Assembly (NCBI GenBank): GCA_031370785.1
Contig: JANMQY010000140.1
Location: 1-64,000 of the forward strand
Source: Candidatus Eiseniibacteriota bacterium
Lineage (GTDB): Bacteria; Eisenbacteria; RBG-16-71-46
Direction: 5' to 3'
Length of the DNA stretch: 64,000 nucleotides
Notes under the pieces: model-generated
What the model was told of the DNA's origin: nothing
The model's database searches: none
The model's input: only the letters and a program-made list of their open reading frames with translations
Position numbers and translations under genes: made by a program
Shown: positions 17,792 to 26,816 of the stretch, in pieces
Layout of the letters: every line of letters starts with the position of its first letter
How positions within the stretch are numbered: the stretch's first letter is position 1

Positions 17792-18877
17792 TCAGTCGCA
17801 TCGATCCCCGCCTGGACCGCCAGTGTTCGAACGGGCGCCGGCGCGGCGCTCGCCCATCCAGTCGAGCACTTCAAAGGCGAGCAGCAGCACGGCGGCGAGG
17901 GCCGCCGCGAGCAGAGCGGCCTGCTCGCGCGGCAGGCGCGAGAGCAGGACCGCGATCACGCCGAGCGCGGCGCACAGGCCCCAGAGCGCATACAGCGTCC
18001 CGCGGACCGAGAGCCCGAAGCGAAGCAGGCGATGATGGATATGCTCGGAGTCGGCGCGGAACACCGGTTGCCCGGCGAGAATGCGCCGCACGAACGCGAG
18101 CGCGCCGTCGGCGATCGGCACGCCCATCGCCACCAGAGGGAACAGCAGCGTCACCGTGGCCGTTCCCTTGCGGTTTTCGAGCAGCGAGGCCGCGGCCAGC
18201 ACCAGCCCCAGAAACTGACTGCCGGTGTCGCCCATGAAGATCTGCGCTGGAGGAAAATTCCAGCGCAGGAATCCGAGGGTCGCCCCGATGAGCAGCGCCG
18301 AGAGGAACATCACGTAGAAATCGCCGTGGGAGTGCCCGACCCACCACAGCGTGGCGGCGGCGATCGCTACGACGCCGGAAGCCAGGCCGTCGAGCCCGTC
18401 GATCAGATTGATCGCGTTCGTCACCACGATCACCCACACCACAGTGAGCGGTGCGCTCAGCGCGACCGAGCGGAGAGGATCGCCGAACGGATTCGTGATC
18501 TCGGGGATGCCGTAGCCGAACAGCACCAGCACCGATGCGGCGCATGCCTGGATGACGATCTTGGCGAGCGGACCGACGCCACGCAGATCGTCGACCACGC
18601 CGAGCGCGAGGATCGGCAGGGACGCCAGCGTCAGGCCGAGCAGCGGACGCAGCTCGAGTTCGCGCGCGGGTCCGGGCAGCAGGCGTGCCGCCCATGCGAC
18701 CCCGAGCACCGCGACCGCCATCGCCAGCCCGCCGAGTCGGGGCACGGGGGAGCGGTGCACGCGCCGCGGCCCCGGGCGGTCGAGCAACCCCTGATCGCGC
18801 GCGAGGCGCACTACCAGCGGGGTCGTCGCGAACGCGATCGCGAACGCGGCCAGCGCCAGCATCAGCGAATAGGGCAC
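17792..18877 (-). CDS. WecA/TagO-like polyprenyl-phosphate HexNAc-1-phosphate transferase (MraY family)
   Basis: HRSPVPRLGG, GVVDD, NAINLIDGLDGLA, IFMGDTGS, DSEHIHHRL. Confidence 0.9.
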   Translation of the reverse strand: MPYSLMLALAAFAIAFATTPLVVRLARDQGLLDRPGPRRVHRSPVPRLGGLAMAVAVLGVAWAARLLPGPARELELRPLLGLTLASLPILALGVVDDLRGVGPLAKIVIQACAASVLVLFGYGIPEITNPFGDPLRSVALSAPLTVVWVIVVTNAINLIDGLDGLASGVVAIAAATLWWVGHSHGDFYVMFLSALLIGATLGFLRWNFPPAQIFMGDTGSQFLGLVLAAASLLENRKGTATVTLLFPLVAMGVPIADGALAFVRRILAGQPVFRADSEHIHHRLLRFGLSVRGTLYALWGLCAALGVIAVLLSRLPREQAALLAAALAAVLLLAFEVLDWMGERRAGARSNTGGPGGDRCD

Positions 18878-18883
18878 TGGGCC

Positions 18884-19741
18884 TCAGCGCGGCTTGAGCG
18901 CGTTGGCCGCGACCATCAGCCACGCGCGAAAGGTGATGAGCGCGCCGACCAGCGCGCTCAGGATCGGATTCGAGGGATGGTGCTTGCGGAAGTAGTGGAT
19001 CATGCCGCGGTGCCGTTCCAGGATCACGCGAGTCGCGGTGCGCTTGCGACTCGCGCCGATGTGATGCACCACCGTCGCCTCGGGCACGTAGACCACGGCC
19101 CATCCGGCCCGCTTCATGCGCCGGCACCAGTCCACGTCCTCGTTGAACATGAAGAACGCTTCATCCATCGGCCCGACCTCGTCGATCGCCGCGCGACGCA
19201 CCACCATGCACGCTCCCGACAGCCAGTCCACTTCGCGCATCGACGCGTGATCCCAGTCGGTCATGAGATAGCGGCGTGACCATGGATTGCCCGGGAACAA
19301 CCGGGTGAGTAGCGAGTAGCGGTTGAACAGGAACGTGAACGGATCGGGAAAGGCGCGCGCCGAATACTCGAGCGTCCCATCCGGATTCAGAATGCGCGGC
19401 CCGGCGATTCCCACGCGCGGATGTGCACGCAGGTGATCCACCAGAATGCGGATCGCGCCCGCAGGCACCTCGCAGTCGGGATTCATCACCAGCACGAACG
19501 CGCCCGAGGTGGCGCCCAGGCCCTGGTTGACCGCGCGTGCGTAGCCCACGTTTTCCGCATTGGCGATGATGCGTGCCGCCGGAAATCTCGCGGCCAGCGC
19601 CTCGGCAGTTCCGTCGCCCGGGGAATTGTCGATCACGACGGTCTCGCTCTCGAGTTCCGCTGCGCCGTTCGGGAGCGAGGCCAGCACCTCGAGCAGCGGC
19701 TCGCGCGAGTGGTAGTTCACGAGGATGTGGGAGAGGTCCAT
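18884..19741 (-). CDS. GT2 glycosyltransferase (WbbL-like)
   Basis: ILVNY, IDNSPGD, NVGYARAVN, MNPD, WLSGACM, FFMFNEDVDWC. Confidence 0.88.
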   Translation of the reverse strand: MDLSHILVNYHSREPLLEVLASLPNGAAELESETVVIDNSPGDGTAEALAARFPAARIIANAENVGYARAVNQGLGATSGAFVLVMNPDCEVPAGAIRILVDHLRAHPRVGIAGPRILNPDGTLEYSARAFPDPFTFLFNRYSLLTRLFPGNPWSRRYLMTDWDHASMREVDWLSGACMVVRRAAIDEVGPMDEAFFMFNEDVDWCRRMKRAGWAVVYVPEATVVHHIGASRKRTATRVILERHRGMIHYFRKHHPSNPILSALVGALITFRAWLMVAANALKPR

Positions 19742-20025
19742 GCGTCGGCGGAGGGCTCCGCGAGGGTCGGCGTGCGGCTGCGAGCGCGGCGATTGTAGCA
19801 TCCCGGGCGCGTGAGCCTTCGGGCGCAAACGAAACCGCCGGGGATGGCGAGAAGGTCGCTCGACATCGCCCGACGGTTCGCATTTCACGAGCCTGACCAC
19901 GTGCGTCGGAACCGCTCCCCACGAAACTCTCCGGGCCCCAACACGGCGCGAGCGACTCGCAGGCCCATGATGCCCGGCCCGGGGCCGGCCTGCAACCCGA
20001 TTGGGCAGGCCATCGCGAGATTTTT

Positions 20026-20544
20026 TCAGGACGGGCCTGGCTCGTCCGGCGCCGCGATCGGGTCGCGACCGGGCGCCGCGAACGGATCGCGACCGAGCGC
20101 TGCGGTCAGCCACTCGCGGATGCGCGCGACGTGAGTGCCGGCCCAGTACCAGCGGCCACACCCGGGACAGTAGTGCAGGTGCTCCGCCTGACGGCGCGCG
20201 CGCGGCGGCACGTCGCTTCCCGCCTCGAACGCGAGGCGGCGTTGGAGCGGCGTGTTGCACGCGCCGCAACGACTGAACGGAGCGCCGGATGGCTCGTGCG
20301 TGCGCGCCACCTCACGCAGCGCGGCCGCTGTGTCGCCTGCCGGAACGCGGAGCACGCGCACGTTCGCGAAGCGCCGCGGGTGTCGAGCGCTGAGCGTGAG
20401 CACGGTGCGTCCGTCGCGCCGCGCGACCTCGCACAGCTCTTCGAGCCGCGCGCCACGATGGGTCGCGACGTCGAAACCGAGAAAACGCAGACGGCGCGCC
20501 AGCAGTTCGAGCGAGGCGTCGGTGACGAAGCGATCGGCGGGCAC
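20026..20544 (-). CDS. Mut7-C RNase-domain (PIN plus Zn ribbon) protein
   Basis: RFVTDASLELLARRLRFLGFD; FSRCGACN; YCPGCGRWYWAGTH. Confidence 0.8.
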   Translation of the reverse strand: MPADRFVTDASLELLARRLRFLGFDVATHRGARLEELCEVARRDGRTVLTLSARHPRRFANVRVLRVPAGDTAAALREVARTHEPSGAPFSRCGACNTPLQRRLAFEAGSDVPPRARRQAEHLHYCPGCGRWYWAGTHVARIREWLTAALGRDPFAAPGRDPIAAPDEPGPS

Positions 20545-20758
20545 TCGCGGACCCTAATCAGACGCGAAGCACGCGGCAAGGCGGCGCGGGGCGGCGTGCG
20601 CGACACACAAGGTGATGCGGGCGCGCCCGCGCCGCGGAGCCCGTCCGCCCGCGGCGTCGCGAGTTCGCGCCCCGGACCGCGCTCGCAACCGCCCGCGCGC
20701 GAGAAGGTTGAGGAAGGCCGTTGACGGAACGGTCCGCTCCCGCCAGTCTGTGCGCCCT

Positions 20759-21952
20759 ATGGACCTGCCACGGAGGCGCGCTCCCTCGCCCCCGCACGAG
20801 ACGGTCGAAATCCGACTCGGACGCCGAAGGTTCCTGATCGCCCTGGCCGGAACCGCAGCCTACGTCGCGCTGCGCCCTTCGCTCGCTCTGGCTCGCCGAG
20901 TCGGGTCCGCCGATGCCGCCCTTCAGCCCTGGATACTGAGCGATGCGCTGCCTGGCAATCCCACCGACCTGGCGCGCGCTCTGATCGCGGCCGCGGTGCT
21001 TGCGCCCAGTCATTGGAACACCCAGCCGTGGCGCTTCGAGGTCGAGGGTCCCTCGATCCGGATCGTCGCCGATGCGCAGCGGGCGCTGCCGGTCACCGAT
21101 CCGGAGCGCCGCTCGATGATGATCGCGCTCGGAGCTTCGCTCGAGAACCTCCTGATCGCGGCACGCGCGTACGGGCTTCAGCCCAACGTCACCTACATGC
21201 CGTTCGAAGGGGCGGGCGGCGTGGTGGCGGAGGTGACCTGGACGGAAGGCGAGGCCCGCCGCGATCGCGCGCTGTTCTCCACCATCCCGGCGCGCCGCAC
21301 CAACCGCCGGGATTTCGATGGGCGCGCGATCTATCCAGAGAACCGTGCGCAGCTGATGGCGCAGGCATCCGAGGACTACGTTCTCCACTGGCTGGACGAC
21401 CGCGACGCGATGCGTGGAGTGGCCGACGTTGCGTACGAGGCGACCCGCACCCAGTCACGCGATGCGCGCGCCGAGGCGGAGCACTACGCGTGGATGCGAT
21501 TCGGGAACCGCGATGCGCGCCGGCGCGGAGACGGCATTACCGCCGATGCGCTCGAGTACGGCGGGATCGCGCACTGGATGCCGGGGCGCTCGTTCAATCC
21601 TTCGAGCTGGTTCCACCGCTTCGGCGCGGACAGCGAATCGAAGCAGGCGCGCGGCGCGATCCGCTCCGCGGGGGCAGTGGCGCTGATCACCACCACTCGT
21701 CGCGGAGAAGCGGTGTGGCTGATGGCCGGGCAGATGTTTCAGCGACTCGCGCTCAAGGCGACGCAGCTCGGGATCGCGCACCAGCCGATCCACGCGCCGA
21801 TCGAAGTCGGCTCGATGCGCGTCGAGCTGGCGCGGCGCTTCGGTGCGCCCGGGACCGATCCGCTCCTTCTGCTGCGGTTCGGGCATGCGCGCGCGCCATC
21901 GCCGAGCGTGCGGCGGGCGGTGGCGATGGTCTCTGCGTTCCGGAATACCTGA
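20759..21952 (+). CDS. Acg-type nitroreductase-family protein with a Tat-like signal
   Basis: GRRRFL signal; LAPSHWNTQPWRF; RRTNRR; LLLRFG. Confidence 0.8.
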   Translation: MDLPRRRAPSPPHETVEIRLGRRRFLIALAGTAAYVALRPSLALARRVGSADAALQPWILSDALPGNPTDLARALIAAAVLAPSHWNTQPWRFEVEGPSIRIVADAQRALPVTDPERRSMMIALGASLENLLIAARAYGLQPNVTYMPFEGAGGVVAEVTWTEGEARRDRALFSTIPARRTNRRDFDGRAIYPENRAQLMAQASEDYVLHWLDDRDAMRGVADVAYEATRTQSRDARAEAEHYAWMRFGNRDARRRGDGITADALEYGGIAHWMPGRSFNPSSWFHRFGADSESKQARGAIRSAGAVALITTTRRGEAVWLMAGQMFQRLALKATQLGIAHQPIHAPIEVGSMRVELARRFGAPGTDPLLLLRFGHARAPSPSVRRAVAMVSAFRNT

Positions 21953-21960
21953 ACGCAGCT

Positions 21961-23403
21961 CTAGGCGCCGCCGCTGACCGTCATCTCGGCGATGAGAACG
22001 GTGGGGCAGGCGACCGAGTGGTCGAAGCGCAGGTCGTTGCCGATCGCGATCACGTTCCGAAGCATCTCGAGCGAGTTGCCGGCGACCGTGACCCCATCGA
22101 CCGGGAACAGCTTCTCGCCCTTCTCGATCCAGAACCCCTGAGCCTGGTACGAGTAGTCGCCGGTTACCGGGTTGAATCCGAACGAGCCCTGGTCGTCCAT
22201 CAGGAAACCGCGCTCCACCTTCTTGAGGATCTGCTCCGGAGTTTCGGTGCCGGGCTCGAGGTAGAGGTTGGAGTAGCCGATGCCGGGTTGCGACGAGTAC
22301 GAGCGCACCGCGCTGCCGGTCGAAGTCGTGCCCGCGCGCCGCGCGTAGTAATAGTCGTACTCGAACATCGCGCAGCGGCCGTGATCGATCAGCACGTTGC
22401 GCCGGGTGGCCACGCCTTCGCCGTCGTAGGGATCGGTGCCGATCCCGCCGCGCATGCGCCCATCGTCCACCAGCGTGATCTGCGGCGCCGCGATCATCTC
22501 GCCGAGCCGACCGGTGAGCCACGACGACTGCTTGATCACCGACTCGCCGCTGAACGCATCGTGCATCTCGGAGATCCAGGCGCCCGCGATGTCGGGATGC
22601 AGGATGACTGGGACCCGGGCCGAGGGAATGGTGCGCGCGCCGATTCGAGCCACCGCGCGGCGCGCCGCCTCGGACGCGACGAATTCGAGCGCCGGCAGAT
22701 CGCGCACCGCGTGCTTCGCGCTGCCGAAGTATCCGGTCTGCTGCTTGCCGTCGCGATCGTCGGCGAGCGGCACCACCGACAGGCTGACCGAGGTTCCGCT
22801 CCAGCGCCGCGCCACGCCATGCGAGTTGACGATGGCGCTGGTGCCATCGCTGCTGCGCGCGCTCGCGCCCTCGGTGCGGCGGATGCGGGGATCGTAGGCG
22901 AGCGCGAGGCGCTCCAGCTCGTGCGCCCATTCGATCTGGCGGTCGGCCTCGAGCGCGGGCACCGCGGGATCGAACAGCGCGAGATCGACGTCCAGGGCGG
23001 GCCCGGCCTCGGCCGGCGTCGGCGCGCCGTTGCACGGGTCGGGCGTTGAGAGCCGCGCGAGCGCCACCGCGTGATGCGCGGCATCGTCGAGCGCCGCCGG
23101 GCGCAGGTCGGTGGTCGAGACGAATCCAACCGCGTCGTTCACCCACACCCTCAAGCCAAGCCCTCGGGTTGCGCTGTGCTTGAGCGTCTCGATGATGCCG
23201 CCGTTGACCGTGACCGTGAATGCGCGACTGCTCTCGACGCAGGCCTCGGCATGCGCGGCGCCCGCCGCGCGCGCGCGCTCGACCGCCTGCGCGGCGATCG
23301 CCTCGAGCTGATCGCCCGATGCGGGCCCGGAGCCCGCCGCGGCGCGGGCTTCGCTCAACGCCTCGGCGTTCATGCTGTCGTGGTTTCCGTCGCGTGCGCT
23401 CAC
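21961..23403 (-). CDS. pmbA: PmbA/TldE non-catalytic subunit
   Basis: GLGLRV, DGEGVAT, NPVTGDYS, VTVAGN, MTVSG; no HExxxH; GTGA overlap with tldD (alternative ATG at 23373). Confidence 0.85.
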   Translation of the reverse strand: MSARDGNHDSMNAEALSEARAAAGSGPASGDQLEAIAAQAVERARAAGAAHAEACVESSRAFTVTVNGGIIETLKHSATRGLGLRVWVNDAVGFVSTTDLRPAALDDAAHHAVALARLSTPDPCNGAPTPAEAGPALDVDLALFDPAVPALEADRQIEWAHELERLALAYDPRIRRTEGASARSSDGTSAIVNSHGVARRWSGTSVSLSVVPLADDRDGKQQTGYFGSAKHAVRDLPALEFVASEAARRAVARIGARTIPSARVPVILHPDIAGAWISEMHDAFSGESVIKQSSWLTGRLGEMIAAPQITLVDDGRMRGGIGTDPYDGEGVATRRNVLIDHGRCAMFEYDYYYARRAGTTSTGSAVRSYSSQPGIGYSNLYLEPGTETPEQILKKVERGFLMDDQGSFGFNPVTGDYSYQAQGFWIEKGEKLFPVDGVTVAGNSLEMLRNVIAIGNDLRFDHSVACPTVLIAEMTVSGGA

Positions 23404-24830
23404 GTGCGCGTTCCTCCCACCGTCATCTCGGTGAAGCGCACGGTCGGCTGTCCGACCCCACACGGCTTCCACTGACCGTTCTTGCCGCATGAGCCGGTGG
23501 TGCCGTCGATCTTGAGGTCGCTCGCGACCGCGTCAATCTTGAGCATCGCGTCGTTGCCGTTGCCGGTCAGTGTCGCGTTGCGCACCGGATGGGTGAGGCG
23601 CCCGTTCTCGATCTGCCAGGCCTCGGTGACCTGGAACGAAAAGTTTCCGTCGGCGGGATTCACCGAGCCGCCGCCCAGGTTCTTGCAGAACAGGCCGCGC
23701 TGGACCGAGCCAATCACGTCGTCGGGAGAGGCTGGGCCGCCTTCGATGTAGGTGTTGGTCATGCGGCACAGCGGATAGTCGCGATAGGAATTCCTGCGCC
23801 CGTTGCCGGTGGGCTTCTCCCCGGTGAGCCGCGCGTTGAGCAGATCCCACATGTAGCCGACCAGCATGCCGTCCTCGACCAGCACGGTGCGCTGCGCTGG
23901 AGTCCCTTCGTCGTCCACGCGGAACGAGCCGCGGCTGTACGGGACGACTCCGCTGTCCACGATGGTGACGCCTCGCGCCGCGACCTGGCGCCCGCGCTGG
24001 CCGGCGCGGATCGAGGTCTGCTTGCGGATCGTGTCGCCCTCCATGCTGTGCCCGAAGCACTCGTGCACCATCACCCCACCCCAGCCCGGCGCCACCACCA
24101 CCGGATACGCGCCGGCCTCGGGCTCGTGCGCGTGGAGCAGCGTCACCGCGGTCGTAGCGGATTCCCGGGCGATGATCTCGGGGGTGCGCTCGTTCTGGAA
24201 GTAGTCCGCCTCCACGCAGCCGCCGCCCGCGGCGAAGCCCTGCTGGCGGCCATCGCCTTCGAGCGCGAGCGCGGAAACGCTGAGGCGGGTGAGGTACTGG
24301 CGGTCTTCGGCCCAGAGCCCGTCGCTGTTGGCGACCACGAACGATCGCGAAGAGTCGGCCAGCGTCGCCTCGACCTCGCGAATCCGCCCGTCGTGCGTGC
24401 GCGCGGCTTCGTCGGCGCGGCGCAACAGGGCGATGCGCGCCGGCGCATCGAGAGCGAGCGGCGCGGGATGGCGGAGGGTGAACGGCGCCGGCGCATCGTT
24501 GACCCGGAAAGCCGAGGGCGCGCCGCCGGTCCCGTTGCGCGCAATGCGTGCCGCAACCCTGGCCGCCTCGCGCAGGTCGTCGGGCGCGAAGCCGTCGGCG
24601 TAGGCGTAACCGGTCTGCTCGCCGCGAATCGCGCGCACGCCGACGCCCTGAAGCACGCTGTGACTCGAGTTCTTGAGGCGCTGCTCGTCGAGCGAGAACG
24701 CAGTCTGCACCGTGTACTCGGCATAGATCTCGGCGAACTCGGCGCCCTGGCCGCGGCCCAGCCCGATCAGCTCGGCCGCGAGCTCACGGGGCAGGAGTGC
24801 GGCAACGTCGATTTCGACGCGGGCGTTCAT
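23400..24830 (-). CDS. tldD: TldD metalloprotease
   Basis: FAEIYAE, GVGVR, HECFGH (HExxxH), DDEG, TGNGRR, RMTNT, CGKNGQ, GQPT. Confidence 0.92.
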   Translation of the reverse strand: MNARVEIDVAALLPRELAAELIGLGRGQGAEFAEIYAEYTVQTAFSLDEQRLKNSSHSVLQGVGVRAIRGEQTGYAYADGFAPDDLREAARVAARIARNGTGGAPSAFRVNDAPAPFTLRHPAPLALDAPARIALLRRADEAARTHDGRIREVEATLADSSRSFVVANSDGLWAEDRQYLTRLSVSALALEGDGRQQGFAAGGGCVEADYFQNERTPEIIARESATTAVTLLHAHEPEAGAYPVVVAPGWGGVMVHECFGHSMEGDTIRKQTSIRAGQRGRQVAARGVTIVDSGVVPYSRGSFRVDDEGTPAQRTVLVEDGMLVGYMWDLLNARLTGEKPTGNGRRNSYRDYPLCRMTNTYIEGGPASPDDVIGSVQRGLFCKNLGGGSVNPADGNFSFQVTEAWQIENGRLTHPVRNATLTGNGNDAMLKIDAVASDLKIDGTTGSCGKNGQWKPCGVGQPTVRFTEMTVGGTRT

Positions 24831-25067
24831 GGGTCGAATGGTCCTCGGAATCGAGAAGACTGCGGCGGGAGCGCCAGGGAATGATCCGGCGCAGGGCGCA
24901 GTCTAGGGGGTCCGGAACCGGTCGGCAAACCGCGCCGCGCGGTCGGGCCCATGCACTGTGCACGTTCGAATCGGTCCGGCCTCGGGTCCGCACCGGGTGG
25001 GGGCCGTCGGGAGAGGGCGCTGTCGGGCAGCCGGTTAGCGGTACTGTCAGTCTCTTCGAGAAATAAA

Positions 25068-25113
25068 TTGACTCAAGAGTCATTTGCTTTGTAGCTTACC
25101 GACCGTTCAGTCA
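25068..25113 (+). promoter_or_regulatory. Promoter and operator of the TetR gene
   Basis: TTGACT -35 overlaps the palindrome TGACTC-AA-GAGTCA; TAGCTT -10; second imperfect palindrome CCGACCGTTCAGTCA; locally AT-rich. Confidence 0.6.
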
Positions 25114-25124
25114 TCAGACGGCCC

Positions 25125-25982
25125 ATGCAACGCCCCCGGGAGACCTCGATGAGCCAGGTGAAGAAGAATCGCAGGAATGCGCCGATCGAACGCACGGCGT
25201 CGGCGGCCCCGCACGCGCGCACGGCGCCCTTCGCGCAGACCGCGCCGCCCGCGCGCAATTCACCATCGATGAGCGCCGCGTCCGGAGGTGGTGCATCCCC
25301 CGGCCGCAGCGCGTCGCCCGCAAAGCGGGCGCGTCCCGAGCCGCGCTGGCAGCGCCGCAAGGAAGCGCGCCCCGGGGAAATCCTCGAGGCGGCGCTCGAG
25401 CAATTCGTCGAGAAAGGCTACGCGGCGACCAAGCTCGAGGACGTCGCGCAGCGGGCCGGCGTCACCAAGGGCACGATGTACCTCTACTTCGAGAGCAAGG
25501 GCGCGTTGTTCAAGGCGGTGGTGCTCGCGAACGTGGTTCCCGCCATCGAGCGCGCCGAGCATCTGATCGCCGAGTTCCAGGGCAGCTCGCGCGACCTGCT
25601 GGTGCAGTACGTGCGCGGCTGGATGGACACCGTCTACAACACCGCGCTTTCCGGCCTGCCCAAGCTGCTGATCTCGGAGGCCGCGAACTTCCCGGAGATG
25701 GCGCGCTTCTATCACACCGAGGTCGTGGATCGCAGCCAGCGCCTGCTGTGCGGCATCATTCAGCGCGGCATCGAGAGCGGTGAATTCCGCGGGGTGGATC
25801 CGGATTACGCCGCACGGATCCTGCGCGCGCCGCTCCTTCTCTCCGCGGTCTGGAAGCACTCGCTGCTCAAGACCGAGAGCTGCACGGTGGACGTGCAGCA
25901 GTACCTCGAGGCTCACATCGACCTGATGCTCCACGGCATGCTCGCTGGACCGGAGCAGCCCACGGAGAAGCCGCATGCGTAG
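25125..25982 (+). CDS. TetR/AcrR family regulator with a long disordered N-terminus
   Basis: RRKEARPGEILEAALEQFVEKGYAATKLEDVAQRAGVTKGTMYLYFESK. Confidence 0.9.
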   Translation: MQRPRETSMSQVKKNRRNAPIERTASAAPHARTAPFAQTAPPARNSPSMSAASGGGASPGRSASPAKRARPEPRWQRRKEARPGEILEAALEQFVEKGYAATKLEDVAQRAGVTKGTMYLYFESKGALFKAVVLANVVPAIERAEHLIAEFQGSSRDLLVQYVRGWMDTVYNTALSGLPKLLISEAANFPEMARFYHTEVVDRSQRLLCGIIQRGIESGEFRGVDPDYAARILRAPLLLSAVWKHSLLKTESCTVDVQQYLEAHIDLMLHGMLAGPEQPTEKPHA

Positions 25983-26103
25983 CACGATCGAGATCGCTGG
26001 AGTCGGCGGCGCGATCCTGGCCCCGATCCTGTTCTACTCGTACTCGAAAACGCTGTGGCTGGCCGCCGACCTGATGTTCCGCCCGCAGCCCGCCGGCGAA
26101 TGA
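25975..26103 (+). pseudogene. 42-codon ORF resembling the C-terminal remnant of a DUF983-like membrane protein
   Basis: MRSTIEIAGVGGAILAPILFYSYSKTLWLAADLMFRPQPAGE; overlaps the TetR stop; P.LFY..SK.LWLA.D resembles DUF983 C-termini. Confidence 0.5.
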
Positions 26104-26163
26104 GCCCCGCACGACATTCTGCGCTATGCTCGCGCCCCGTGATTCCCCCCGAGGAGACCAGGC

Positions 26164-26514
26164 ATGAGGCGTGAGATTGCGAGCGGTGTGGGGCTGGCGG
26201 TTGGTCTGATCGCGCTCGTGGCGCTCGGTCCCTGGCTGGTGCGCGAGGTGCGCAGCCTTCCGCGCGGAAGCGAGCTCGCGGCGCGCGCCGACCAGCGCGT
26301 GGTCACCCTCGAAGTCGGCGGCATGACCTGCGCGGGCTGCGCGGCAAAGATTCAGTCCGAGCTCGAGGCTTTGCCCGGCGTCTCCGCGGTCGAAGTCCGC
26401 CTGCCGCAGCGCCGTGCCTACGTGGTATGCGCGCGAACGGTCGCCGATACGGCGCTGACCGCCACCATCGGCCGGGCCGGGCCCGGATATCTGGGGTCGG
26501 TCGCCCGCGATTGA
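26164..26514 (+). CDS. Heavy-metal-associated (HMA) domain protein with an N-terminal TM/signal
   Basis: GAGGAG RBS; LEVGGMTCAGCAAKIQSELEALPGV. Confidence 0.85.
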   Translation: MRREIASGVGLAVGLIALVALGPWLVREVRSLPRGSELAARADQRVVTLEVGGMTCAGCAAKIQSELEALPGVSAVEVRLPQRRAYVVCARTVADTALTATIGRAGPGYLGSVARD

Positions 26515-26816
26515 TCGGGAAGCACCGGCAGCCCCTCTTGGTCGGGCCCGGACAGCCGGTCTAAGGCCAAGGCTCCGAGAGAATTCCGACCTGATGCGCG
26601 TGCTCTCGCCCTGCGCCGGGCCGACCCGGATGCCCGGGAAAAGAGGGCCGGCTCAGCCCACAGACCGATGACGGTTGGCCCACTGCACATATTTTTCTTC
26701 GCACAAGTCGTATCTGGGCCATGGATGACGATGGTAGACTACGCGGGCACAGTTCGCCTGTTCCGAGCCCGTTACACTCCCTCACGGTCCCTTCCCGCAC
26801 CGGGAGCCTCTCAACC

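Noticed and set aside
20026..20544. Mut7-C/PIN gene as a toxin-antitoxin toxin
   Set aside because: No adjacent antitoxin-like ORF; stand-alone Mut7-C genes are common.
20759..24830. TldD/PmbA plus nitroreductase as a microcin/azole RiPP cluster
   Set aside because: The genes are convergent, the nitroreductase is Acg-type, and there is no YcaO or precursor peptide nearby.
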